The notes under the pieces: model-generated
Told to the model about the DNA's origin: nothing
What the model saw: only the letters and a program-made list of their open reading frames with translations
Database searches by the model: none
Assembly: GCA_964423815.1 (NCBI GenBank)
Contig: CAYRGW010000002.1
Coordinates: 4,590 to 68,589, forward strand
DNA: 64,000 bases
Direction: 5' to 3'
Origin: an uncultured Solibacteraceae bacterium
Lineage (GTDB): Bacteria; Acidobacteriota; Vicinamibacteria; Vicinamibacterales; SCN-69-37
Shown: piece after piece, positions 1-8,338 of the stretch
Layout: each line of letters begins with the position of its first letter
Position numbering within the stretch: the first letter of the stretch is position 1
Made by a program: the position numbers and the translations under genes

Positions 1-530
1 TTCTCGGGCTCGCTGACGGCCGTCCAGTTGCCGTCGGTCGGCAGGTCCTTCACGCGCACACCCTGGCTGAGCGTCAGTTCGGTGACGTCCACGGTGATGT
101 GCTCGGGGATGTTCGCCGGGAGGCACTCGACTTCCACTTCACGGTGCACAAAGTCCATCGTGCCGCCCTGCAGCTTGACACCCTTGGATTCACCCGTGAG
201 GTGCACCGGCACGCTGACGCGGATGACCTTGTCCATCGCCACGCGGAAGAAGTCGGCGTGGATGAGCTTATGGGTGACGGGGTCAATCTGGTATTCCTTC
301 ACCAGCACCTGCGTCTCCGCGTCGCCCACCTTGAGGGAAATCAACGAGTTGAGCCCGCCCTTGGAGTGCAGGATGCGGCTCAGCTCCTTCGGATCCACCG
401 ACACGGACTCGGACACGCCTTTGTCCCCGCCGCCGTAGACGACCGCCGGAATTTTGCCCGCCTGCCGGGTGCGAACCGCTTCGTTCTTGCCAAATGTCTC
501 GCGGCGAACCGCGTCCAGTAGTGCGCTCAT
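1..530 (-). CDS. rplY: 50S ribosomal protein L25 / Ctc form (C-terminal end runs off the window)
   Basis: Not in ORF track because there is no stop in the window. Own minus-strand translation from ATG 530-528: MSALLDAVRRETFGKNEAVRTRQAGKIPAVVYGGG...DPVTHKLIHADFFRV...HLTGESKGVKLQGG. Adjacent to prs, as in many bacteria. Confidence 0.85.
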   Translation of the reverse strand, partial: MSALLDAVRRETFGKNEAVRTRQAGKIPAVVYGGGDKGVSESVSVDPKELSRILHSKGGLNSLISLKVGDAETQVLVKEYQIDPVTHKLIHADFFRVAMDKVIRVSVPVHLTGESKGVKLQGGTMDFVHREVEVECLPANIPEHITVDVTELTLSQGVRVKDLPTDGNWTAVSEPE

Positions 531-547
531 GGTCTCTCTCGTCCTCT

Positions 548-1492
548 CTAAACGAACAACTTGGAGACCGAGGTCTCCTCGTGAATGCTGCGAATGGCCT
601 GCGCCAGCAGGCGCGCCACCGACAACACCACAATCTTCTGGCACGCGGCCTTCTCGGCAGTGAGCGGCACCGTGTTGGTGACGATCAACTTGTCGATCGG
701 CGACGCTTCAATCCGCGAAATCGCGGGGCCGGACAACACACCGTGGACCGCACACGCGAGCACACGGGTCGCCCCGTTGTCCTTGAGCGCCTGCGCCGCC
801 TTCTGCATCGTGCCGGCCGTATCGATGATGTCGTCCGAGATGATGCACACCCGGCCGTTGACTTCACCGATGACGTTCATCACTTCGGCCGCGCCCGACT
901 CGCCGCGGCGTTTGTCGATGATGGCCAGTTCCGCATCCAGCCGCTTCGCATACGCGCGCGCGCGTTCGGCGCCCCCGGCATCGGGCGACACAATCGTGAC
1001 CGGTCCGTAGTTCTGCCGCAGCAGATACTCAATGACCGCCGGGGCCGCAAACAGGTGGTCCACCGGGATGTCAAAAAACGCCTGAATCTGCGCCTTGTGC
1101 AGATCCATGGTGAGCACCCGGTTCGCGCCGGCCGCGCTCAACAAATTCGCCACGAGTTTCGCCGAAATCGGCACCCGGGGTTTGTCCTTGCGATCCTGCC
1201 GCGCGTATCCGTAATACGGAATCACGGCCGTGATCCTGGACGCCGACGAGCGGCGGAACGCGTCGATCATCACGCACATCTCGACCAGGTGTTCGTCCAC
1301 CGGTGTCGAGGTCGGCTGCAGGATGAAGACATCTGTGCCGCGGATGTTCTCGTCGATCTGGAACGAGACTTCCGAGTCCGGAAACCGGTGCAGCCGCGCG
1401 GCCCCGAGCGGAATATCAAGCTGTTCGGCGATCTCTTTCGCCAGCGCCGGATGGGCACTCCCCGAGAACAACTTCAACTGTCCGTGACTCAT
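548..1492 (-). CDS. prs: ribose-phosphate pyrophosphokinase (PRPP synthase)
   Basis: 314 aa. LFSGSAHPALAKEIA, VIPYYGYARQDRK, ribose-5-P loop DDIIDTAGT. Confidence 0.96.
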   Translation of the reverse strand: MSHGQLKLFSGSAHPALAKEIAEQLDIPLGAARLHRFPDSEVSFQIDENIRGTDVFILQPTSTPVDEHLVEMCVMIDAFRRSSASRITAVIPYYGYARQDRKDKPRVPISAKLVANLLSAAGANRVLTMDLHKAQIQAFFDIPVDHLFAAPAVIEYLLRQNYGPVTIVSPDAGGAERARAYAKRLDAELAIIDKRRGESGAAEVMNVIGEVNGRVCIISDDIIDTAGTMQKAAQALKDNGATRVLACAVHGVLSGPAISRIEASPIDKLIVTNTVPLTAEKAACQKIVVLSVARLLAQAIRSIHEETSVSKLFV

Positions 1493-1528
1493 GCCGATTC
1501 CAACTGCAACACCGATCGCCTACGAATT

Positions 1529-1603
1529 TGGTTGGGGCGGAAGGATTCGAACCTTCGAATACGGGTTCCAAAGACCCGCGCCTTACCGCTTGGCCACGCC
1601 CCA
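1529..1603 (-). tRNA. tRNA-Gln (anticodon UUG), CCA encoded
   Basis: Minus-strand read TGGGGCGTGGCCAAGCGGTAAGGCGCGGGTCTTTGGAACCCGTATTCGAAGGTTCGAATCCTTCCGCCCCAACCA. It has a 7-bp acceptor stem TGGGGCG/CGCCCCA, anticodon loop CTTTGGA and T-arm GAAGG-TTCGAAT-CCTTC. Confidence 0.9.
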
Positions 1604-1684
1604 CCCCGCCTTGGACCCCGACTGGACAGACGGACGCGGCCCTAGCAAAACAGGAAGTTTAGCACGACGGCCGCCCAAAGGCCC

Positions 1685-2572
1685 CTAGAGACCAATGTGT
1701 CTGGCGGCTTCCCGTCGTCCGTGGGTCCGGGTCAGCAGGACCAGCCAGTCCGGCCGTTTGAGCCGTTTGACCGCCCGGGTCGCCGCGGCCTCGGAAAACA
1801 GGCCAAAAACAGCCGATCCGCTGCCGGTCATCTGGGCGCCGTAGGCCCCTTCGGCCAGGCAGGCGTCCACCATTTCCTGGATCCCGGGGTGTCGACGGGC
1901 GACCGGAGCCATGAGGTCGTTGGCCAGGGGCACCCCGCCCGACGACCAGCCGAGGTCCACGTCCCGACCTTCCGGCGCCTCGGGCAACCGCTTCGCCCGG
2001 TCCTCGTCCAGCCACCGATAGGCCTCAGCGGTCGCGACCCCAAACGAGGGTTTGATCACCACGACGCCCATCCGCTGGATGTCGTCCACCGGGTACAGGT
2101 CCTCACCGCGACCTGTCGCGACGGCGGTGCCACCCTGCAGGAAAAACGGGACGTCCGACCCGAGGGTGGCCGCCAGCCGACCCAGGTCGCGCCGGGATTT
2201 TTTTGCGCCCCACAACGTGTTCAAGCCGACCAGCGCTGCCGCCGCATTGGCGCTGCCGCCCCCGAGTCCGGCTTGAGAGGGAATCGTTTTTTCGATCTTG
2301 ATGTGCGCGTCGCGGGGTTCACCGTCGCGTCCCATCGCCGCCCACAACACCCGTGCCGCCTTCCACGCCAGATTCGCCTGGTCGGACGGCACGCCGGGCG
2401 TGCGACACAACAACCCCAACGGTCCTTTCCGGTCCGAAATGGTGACCGTGTCGTGGAGTGCGATCGACTGCATGAGTGATCGCACCTCGTGATACCCATC
2501 CGGGCGCAGGGGACCGACCCTCAAGGTGAGGTTCAGCTTGGCCGTCGGGCGAAGAATGATTGTTCGGGGCAT
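1685..2572 (-). CDS. ispE: 4-diphosphocytidyl-2-C-methyl-D-erythritol kinase
   Basis: GHMP kinase. AKLNLTLRV..RPDGYHE, PSQAGLGGGSANAAAAL. Start trimmed from the track ORF (2692) to ATG 2572 (MPRTIILRP), just after the upstream gene's stop at 2577. Confidence 0.9.
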   Translation of the reverse strand: MPRTIILRPTAKLNLTLRVGPLRPDGYHEVRSLMQSIALHDTVTISDRKGPLGLLCRTPGVPSDQANLAWKAARVLWAAMGRDGEPRDAHIKIEKTIPSQAGLGGGSANAAAALVGLNTLWGAKKSRRDLGRLAATLGSDVPFFLQGGTAVATGRGEDLYPVDDIQRMGVVVIKPSFGVATAEAYRWLDEDRAKRLPEAPEGRDVDLGWSSGGVPLANDLMAPVARRHPGIQEMVDACLAEGAYGAQMTGSGSAVFGLFSEAAATRAVKRLKRPDWLVLLTRTHGRREAARHIGL

Positions 2573-2576
2573 TTCT

Positions 2577-3368
2577 TTAGTGCACGTTTCCGCGGTCGCG
2601 AAGTGGTCCGATCGAGCGCAGGTCCTCGAGTGTGATCGGTTGAAAATGGCTCGGGACGGTGGCGATGAAGGTCGTGGGCGGCAGATCAACATTGACGTTC
2701 ACCTGCGACACCGTGAATCGAAGGTCGAGTGGGGTGGGCCCGGTCGCCGTCACGTGCACGGTGCTGGGCCAGCGGCCGCTGAACATCTGATACTCGACGA
2801 GCCAACCCTCAACCTGGGCGGCCCACAGGTGCCAGGCACCATCACGCTCGCGCAACCACACATGCGTGGTCGGTGAGAGCGCAATGCGTAACGAGGATCC
2901 GACGCGTTCACCAGTCACCACGCCTGCGGGCGAGGCCACACAGCCGGAGAGGACATCGAGCAGTTCACGCCCGCCCCACCGCAGACCGGTCAGTGCCGAC
3001 ACGATGTCACGCGTCGGCGCCGTCAGAAATCGCTCGTCCCGCGGAAACACGATCGTCGACTGCCCTGCCTGCCCCGCCATTTGAAAGACGGTGGCGGTCA
3101 CCACCTGCAACTCAAGATACACATCGTCGCCGCGCGTCACAGCGCCGTTGAGCGTTTGTGCGATCCGCTGGTCGCGCGATCCCACCCAGCCCTGGACGCG
3201 CAGTTGTGCGACGTAGCGCTGCGCATCACGGCACGGCGCGGTGACCTGCTCCCACACCTGCGGTGCCTCGGCAAACGGGACGGCCGGACCGGCAGGCGGC
3301 GTGAAGACACGAGCCGCGCACCCGGAGGCCACCAGCGCCACCGGCAGGAACCAGGCGGAGGATTTCAT
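2577..3368 (-). CDS. lipoprotein, LolB-like by position only (function putative)
   Basis: 263 aa. Signal peptide with lipobox LVASGC. It occupies the lolB slot upstream of ispE. I cannot verify any family motif by eye. Confidence 0.6.
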   Translation of the reverse strand: MKSSAWFLPVALVASGCAARVFTPPAGPAVPFAEAPQVWEQVTAPCRDAQRYVAQLRVQGWVGSRDQRIAQTLNGAVTRGDDVYLELQVVTATVFQMAGQAGQSTIVFPRDERFLTAPTRDIVSALTGLRWGGRELLDVLSGCVASPAGVVTGERVGSSLRIALSPTTHVWLRERDGAWHLWAAQVEGWLVEYQMFSGRWPSTVHVTATGPTPLDLRFTVSQVNVNVDLPPTTFIATVPSHFQPITLEDLRSIGPLRDRGNVH

Positions 3369-4768
3369 TCGCGCCCCGCGAGCTGGCGCGCGCGGTCGCG
3401 TTTTTTGGTCACGGCGTCCGCATCAATGCCCACGCGATCACCGGCGAGCACACGATCCCAGGTGGCGAGCGCATCGCGGTATTTCTTGAGCCCGAACAAC
3501 GCGTCACCGAGGTGATCGAGGTAGATCGGGTTGTCCGCGTCGGCCACCAGCAATTCACGATAGATCCGCTCCGCCGCCTCATGGCGCTCGGCGCGCACAT
3601 ACGCGGCCCCCAGCGCGACGCGCACGTCAACGTTGCGTTCGTCACGCGTGCGCGCGTCTTCCAGCACACGGATCGCGCGGTCGCGATCGTCGCTGGCCTC
3701 CAGCGCGGCCGCCAGTTCCACGGCCACGCGCGCATACACGCCGGTCTCCGGGGCGGATCGCAGCGCGGTCAACAGCGGCTCAAGTGTGCTGACCGCTCCG
3801 CGGTGATCGCCGCGCGCGGTCCGCGCTTCGGCCATCGCGAGGGGCCCGCGCGGATCGGTCGGGTCAATGTCGGTAATCCGGCGGGCCGCGTTCTCCGCGC
3901 CATCGGCATTGCCCGCGCGGTTTTCCACCTGCGAGACGAGATACCAGATCGATGCATCACGTGGAAATTCGCCGGCCAGCTCAAGCAGGGCCGTGCGCCC
4001 TTCCTCCAGCTGACCGAGATTCACCAGCGACGTGGCAAATCGTGTTCGGATCGGAATGTTGCGGGGGTTGGTCTTCGCCAGTTCGCGCCACTGCGTCAGC
4101 GCATCCTGTGGACGGCCGACACTGTCATACAACTCCGCGAGCCAGCTGCGCGCGCGCGCCAGATCCGGTTCATCCCGCACAAGTGGTTCGAGCGCGGCAA
4201 TCGCCCGGGCGTCCTCGCCGGTGGCTTCCAGTGACTCGACCAGCAGCAGGATGCCCTCAGGGTAGCCGGGCTGATCGTTGAGAAATCCAGTCAGCGTGGT
4301 GATGGCCTTCGCGTGTTGCCCCGTGCGCACGTAGAGTCGGCCCAGTGAAATCTCAACGCCTGGGTCACGACGTCCACCAGCCAGCGCCTTTTCCAGATGG
4401 TCGATGGCCTGCACGACGATCCGCCCCTGATCGGCGGTGGAGGACGCGGCGTCGGCCAGTGCGGCGCGCACCAGGCCCAGAATCCGATGCGCTTCATGAT
4501 TGGCCGGGTCGGTAGCCAGCGCCGCTTCGGCTTCGGTCACCGCCTCGGTCGCACGACCTTCCCTGGCAAACAGTCCCGCAAGCTCCGCGCGCACGTCGGC
4601 CGCCGACGGCACCAGCGCGATGGCGGCGCGATAGGCGGCAATCGCCCCGGGCACGTCGCCGCGGCCTTCGAGCGTCCGTCCCTGCAGAAACAGGAAATAG
4701 GCTTCGCCGGTGGCGGCGGTGGTCGGCGGTGCGGGCGCCTGCACAGGCGGGGGGGTCATCCACATCAT
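3365..4768 (-). CDS. tetratricopeptide-repeat protein
   Basis: 467 aa. Many degenerate 34-aa A/L/Y-rich TPR-like units (e.g. GDVPGAIAAYRAAIALVPS, HEAHRILGLVRAAL). 4-nt overlap with the downstream lipoprotein gene. Confidence 0.8.
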   Translation of the reverse strand: MMWMTPPPVQAPAPPTTAATGEAYFLFLQGRTLEGRGDVPGAIAAYRAAIALVPSAADVRAELAGLFAREGRATEAVTEAEAALATDPANHEAHRILGLVRAALADAASSTADQGRIVVQAIDHLEKALAGGRRDPGVEISLGRLYVRTGQHAKAITTLTGFLNDQPGYPEGILLLVESLEATGEDARAIAALEPLVRDEPDLARARSWLAELYDSVGRPQDALTQWRELAKTNPRNIPIRTRFATSLVNLGQLEEGRTALLELAGEFPRDASIWYLVSQVENRAGNADGAENAARRITDIDPTDPRGPLAMAEARTARGDHRGAVSTLEPLLTALRSAPETGVYARVAVELAAALEASDDRDRAIRVLEDARTRDERNVDVRVALGAAYVRAERHEAAERIYRELLVADADNPIYLDHLGDALFGLKKYRDALATWDRVLAGDRVGIDADAVTKKRDRARQLAGRE

Positions 4769-4796
4769 GATGCGTGTGCTCCGATTGTTTCACACC

Positions 4797-4836
4797 CATT
4801 GCCCCATTGGCTCATTGCCACATTGGCTCATTGTTC
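4797..4836. repeat. octamer tandem array (plus: CATTGCCC CATTGGCT CATTGCCA CATTGGCT CATTG; minus: CAATGRGC type), about 4.6 units
   Basis: Read directly. Period 8. Lies in the divergent region between the TPR gene (start 4768) and trm112 (start 4850). A sister array sits at 10035-10071. Confidence 0.9.
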
Positions 4837-4843
4837 GTAATAT
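4815..4843 (+). promoter_or_regulatory. putative sigma70-type promoter for trm112 (-35 TTGCCA, 17-nt spacer, -10 TAATAT)
   Basis: TTGCCA at 4815-4820 (inside the octamer array) and TAATAT at 4838-4843. The ATG at 4850 is 7 nt after the -10 box and no SD is visible, so the transcript is possibly leaderless. Confidence 0.4.
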
Positions 4844-4849
4844 CCAGCA

Positions 4850-5035
4850 ATGGCGATTGATCCGGCGCTCCTCGCAATTCTTGTCTGCCCTGCCTGCAAG
4901 ACCAAGGTCGTTCTGGTCAAGGACGGCGCGGGCCTCCAGTGCGGTTCGTGCCATCGTGTCTACCCGGTGAAGGACGATATTCCCGTGATGCTCATTGATG
5001 AGGCCACGGTCGAGGTTCCCGCTACGGCCCGTTGA
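4850..5035 (+). CDS. Trm112/YcaR-family small zinc-ribbon protein (UPF0434)
   Basis: 61 aa. LLAILVCPACK...LQCGSCHRVYPVKDDIPVMLIDEA is the typical Trm112 pattern. Confidence 0.85.
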   Translation: MAIDPALLAILVCPACKTKVVLVKDGAGLQCGSCHRVYPVKDDIPVMLIDEATVEVPATAR

Positions 5036-6117
5036 AGATTCTCATCGTTCGCCTGCGCCTGATCGGCGACGTGGTGTTCACCACACCGGTCATTCGTGCC
5101 CTTCGCCGCCGTTATCCCGACGCCCGGATCACCTACCTCGTCGAGTCCGCCGCCGCGCCGATCGTGGCGACCAACCCCCACCTGTCCGACCTCATCGTCA
5201 TCACCCACCGACGCGGATGGGCGCGGATCAAGGACGATCTCCGTCTGGCGCGTGAGATTCGCCGCGCGCGGTTTGACCTCGTGCTTGATCTGCACGGGGG
5301 GCCGAGGAGCGCGTGGCTGACGTGGGCGTCGGGCGCCCCGCGGCGGATCGGCTACGACATCGACGGGCGCACCTGGATGTACACCCAGGCCGTGCATCGT
5401 CCGCGCGGACTGCATCCGCGCCACTCGGTGGAAAACCAGTGGGACCTGCTACCGGCCGTCGACCCGGCGTTGCCGTCCTCCCCCACCCGCGACCATGACC
5501 GTGTCGAGATGCCGGTGTCCGACGAGGCGCGCACGGCGGTGCTCACACGGCTGCGCGACCGTGGTGTGCCGGTGGGATCGCCGGCACGACTGATCGTGTT
5601 TCACGTGAGCGCGGGGAATCCGTTTCGCCGGTGGCCTGAATCCGCGTTTGCTGACGTGGCCGCCGGACTAGTGCGACAATCTCCCGGGCGTGCGGACCGG
5701 TGGGTGTTGCTGACCGCGGGGCCGTCGGATGCCGAGGCCGTGCAACGCGTGCTGGCGCAGGCGCGAGTCCAGGCGCCCAATGCCGCGCACCGGCTGATCG
5801 ATGCCGGTGATGTGACATTGGCGGAACTCCGGGCACTGCTCGACTCCGCCGCGTTGTACATCGGTGGTGACAGCGGCCCACTGCACGTGGCGTCCACATC
5901 GGACGTCCCCATCGTGGGACTATACGGTCCGACGCTGGCCGAGCGGTCGGCGCCCTGGCGACCGGATACGATTCCAGTCGCGTCGGTGGATGTGGGTGCG
6001 TTGCCCTGCCGGCCCTGCGACCAACGTGTCTGTGCGCCGGGCGACTTCCGGTGCCTGACGACGATCCCGGCCGAGGCTGTGCTGGCCGCTGCGGAGCGAC
6101 TGCTGGAGAATAGGTGA
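5032..6117 (+). CDS. glycosyltransferase family 9 (LPS heptosyltransferase-like)
   Basis: 361 aa. N-terminus MKILIVRLRLIGDVVFTTPVIRALRRRYPDARITYLV and C-terminal GGDSGPLHVA are GT9 hallmarks. Confidence 0.85.
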   Translation: MKILIVRLRLIGDVVFTTPVIRALRRRYPDARITYLVESAAAPIVATNPHLSDLIVITHRRGWARIKDDLRLAREIRRARFDLVLDLHGGPRSAWLTWASGAPRRIGYDIDGRTWMYTQAVHRPRGLHPRHSVENQWDLLPAVDPALPSSPTRDHDRVEMPVSDEARTAVLTRLRDRGVPVGSPARLIVFHVSAGNPFRRWPESAFADVAAGLVRQSPGRADRWVLLTAGPSDAEAVQRVLAQARVQAPNAAHRLIDAGDVTLAELRALLDSAALYIGGDSGPLHVASTSDVPIVGLYGPTLAERSAPWRPDTIPVASVDVGALPCRPCDQRVCAPGDFRCLTTIPAEAVLAAAERLLENR

Positions 6118-7265
6118 TGACGATGACCCCGGACTCAGGACTGCGACGCGCGGGATTTGTGCTGGTGGCCGTGTCACTCGCCGCCACACAGGTCAGCATC
6201 TTCGTCGCACAAATCAGCCTGTACCTGGCTGCCATTGTCTGGATCGTCGTGAATACGCGCGAAGGCCGCTGGCGCGAGGTGCCGGCGTTCATGCTGCCGC
6301 TGCTCGTATACGCCGGCTGGACACTCGTGAGTTCGGCCGCATCCGTGGACCCGTCCACCAGTTTTATGGACAGCAAACAATTGTTGCTGTTCCTCATGGT
6401 GCCGGTCGTGGCAACGTTTGCCCGGGGCGCGCAGGCCACGTGGGTCATTGATGGGGTGATCGCCGTCGGCTCGGCGGCGGCCCTCTATGGCATCGCGCAG
6501 TTCAACTTCCTCGACTTCGACTCGCTCGACAATCGTGTGGCGGGCTCTCTCAGCAGCTGGATGACGTTTTCGGGTGTCTTGATGCTGGCGGCCGGTGCCG
6601 CCCTCGCGCGCCTGTTGTATGCCGGACGCGATTGGGTGTGGCCCGCCATCGCCGTTCCTGCGCTCGTCGTCGCGCTGTTCTACACCCAGACCCGCAACGC
6701 GATGGTCGGGCTGGTCGCGGCTGTTGGCGTGCTGATGGCCGAGCGGAACTGGCGCCTGTTGCTGATCCTGCCCGTGCTGGGCGTGGTGTTCTTCGCCATC
6801 GCTCCAAGCGCCATCATCTCGCGCGTGCAGTCGATCGGCGACCTGAATGACCCCGCCAGCCGCGACCGTGTCGCCATGCTGCGTTCGGGCGTCCACATCG
6901 TGCAGGACCATCCGATCACCGGCGTCGGACCGAACATGATTCCCGTCGTGTACGCGCAGTACCGCGACGCGACGTATGCGGTCAACGAGGTCAACCCGCA
7001 CCTGCATAACGTGCCGATGCAGATTGCCGCGGAGCGGGGACTGCCCGCGCTCGCGATCTGGCTGTGGTTTGTGTTCGTCGCCTCGCGCGATCTCTGGCGC
7101 CAGCTCCGTCGGGGTGAGGCCACGGCCGTGGCTGGCGCGGGCGTCGCGGCGATGGTGGCCATGCTGGTGGCCGGCCTCTTTGAATACAACTTCGGCGACT
7201 CGGAGTTCCTGATGTTGTTTCTTGGACTGATTACCCTGCCCTACGCTGCACGGATGACCGAATGA
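6114..7265 (+). CDS. O-antigen ligase / Wzy_C-family membrane protein
   Basis: 383 aa, polytopic. ..YTQTRNAMVGL.. and ..NPHLHNVPMQIAAERGLPAL.. resemble the Wzy_C loop. Confidence 0.7.
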   Translation: MMTMTPDSGLRRAGFVLVAVSLAATQVSIFVAQISLYLAAIVWIVVNTREGRWREVPAFMLPLLVYAGWTLVSSAASVDPSTSFMDSKQLLLFLMVPVVATFARGAQATWVIDGVIAVGSAAALYGIAQFNFLDFDSLDNRVAGSLSSWMTFSGVLMLAAGAALARLLYAGRDWVWPAIAVPALVVALFYTQTRNAMVGLVAAVGVLMAERNWRLLLILPVLGVVFFAIAPSAIISRVQSIGDLNDPASRDRVAMLRSGVHIVQDHPITGVGPNMIPVVYAQYRDATYAVNEVNPHLHNVPMQIAAERGLPALAIWLWFVFVASRDLWRQLRRGEATAVAGAGVAAMVAMLVAGLFEYNFGDSEFLMLFLGLITLPYAARMTE

Positions 7266-8206
7266 CCCTGCGCCCGTCGACCATCGCCGTCATCGGCGAC
7301 CTGATGCTTGACCACTTCGTGATCGGACGCGTGGATCGCATTTCTCCGGAAGCGCCGGTGCCGGTCGTGCGGTTTGAGCGCGACGAATTCCGCCTCGGCG
7401 GCGCCGCCAATGTCGCCGCGAACGTGCGCGCGCTGGACGGCGTGCCGCTCGTGGTGGGATGTGTGGGGACCGATGAGACCGCGGCCACGTTCCGTCGGCT
7501 CTTGCTCGAACGTGCCATCGGCGACGAGCGGCTTGTGGCCGACGGCAGCCGTCCCACCACCCGCAAAGTCCGCGTCGTCACCACCAGGAACCAGCAGGTC
7601 GCGCGGGTTGACTACGAAGACGAGTCACCGCTGTCTGTCACCGTCACCGCGCAGTTGGCGGCGGCCGTCCGCGCCGCGTGTGCAGACGCCGCGGCCATCG
7701 TGCTCTCGGATTACCGCAAGGGTGTTGTGACGCCGGCCGTCATTGCCGCCGCGCGTGAAGCCGCGGGCACCAGTCCCATCGTGGTGGATCCCAAAGTGCC
7801 CGACGCCGCGCGATATGCGGGTGTGACGGTGCTTACCCCCAATCACCACGAGGCCGAGTTGATGACCGGCACCCGCATTCAGACGGCCGACGACTGTCGC
7901 GCGGCCGCGCGCGCGCTGCACGCGGCCACGGGCGCCAACGTGCTCATCACATGGGGTGAACACGGCATGTGGGTGTTTGACGCGTCAGGCGCGTCGGCGA
8001 TCGACCTGCACATTCCAGCGACCGCGCGCGAGGTGGCCGATGTCACTGGCGCAGGCGACACCGTGGTCGCCACACTCGCCCTCGCCCTCGCCAACGGCGC
8101 CTCGCTCAGCGACGCCGCCCGCCTCGCCAACCGCGCCGCGGGCATCGTCGTCGGCAAGTTCGGCGCGGCGACGGTCACGCGGAGCGAATTGGATCATTCT
8201 TCGTAG
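7262..8206 (+). CDS. hldA: D-glycero-beta-D-manno-heptose-7-phosphate kinase (RfaE domain I / HldA type, PfkB family)
   Basis: 314 aa. IAVIGDLMLDHFVIGRVDRISPEAPVPVV and the C-terminal DVTGAGDTVVA anion-hole motif. Confidence 0.85.
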   Translation: MTLRPSTIAVIGDLMLDHFVIGRVDRISPEAPVPVVRFERDEFRLGGAANVAANVRALDGVPLVVGCVGTDETAATFRRLLLERAIGDERLVADGSRPTTRKVRVVTTRNQQVARVDYEDESPLSVTVTAQLAAAVRAACADAAAIVLSDYRKGVVTPAVIAAAREAAGTSPIVVDPKVPDAARYAGVTVLTPNHHEAELMTGTRIQTADDCRAAARALHAATGANVLITWGEHGMWVFDASGASAIDLHIPATAREVADVTGAGDTVVATLALALANGASLSDAARLANRAAGIVVGKFGAATVTRSELDHSS

Positions 8207-8338
8207 AGCGTCTTCGTAGGGCGTGGCCTTCAGGCCCGCCGGTTTGGCGCGGCTAAAGCCGCCGCCCTACGAAGACGCCACGTGGCTCGGCAGATCGGCG
8301 GGCCTGAAGGCCACGCCCTACGAAGACGCTGCCCTACG
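8207..8338. repeat. cluster of three 25-nt GTAG-type REP hairpins (8216-8240 reverse, 8246-8270 forward, 8297-8321 forward) with extended GCGTCTTC arms
   Basis: Units are GGCGGGCCTGAAGGCCACGCCCTAC (twice, opposite orientations) and GGCGCGGCTAAAGCCGCCGCCCTAC. The cluster fills the whole gap between two convergent genes. Confidence 0.9.
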
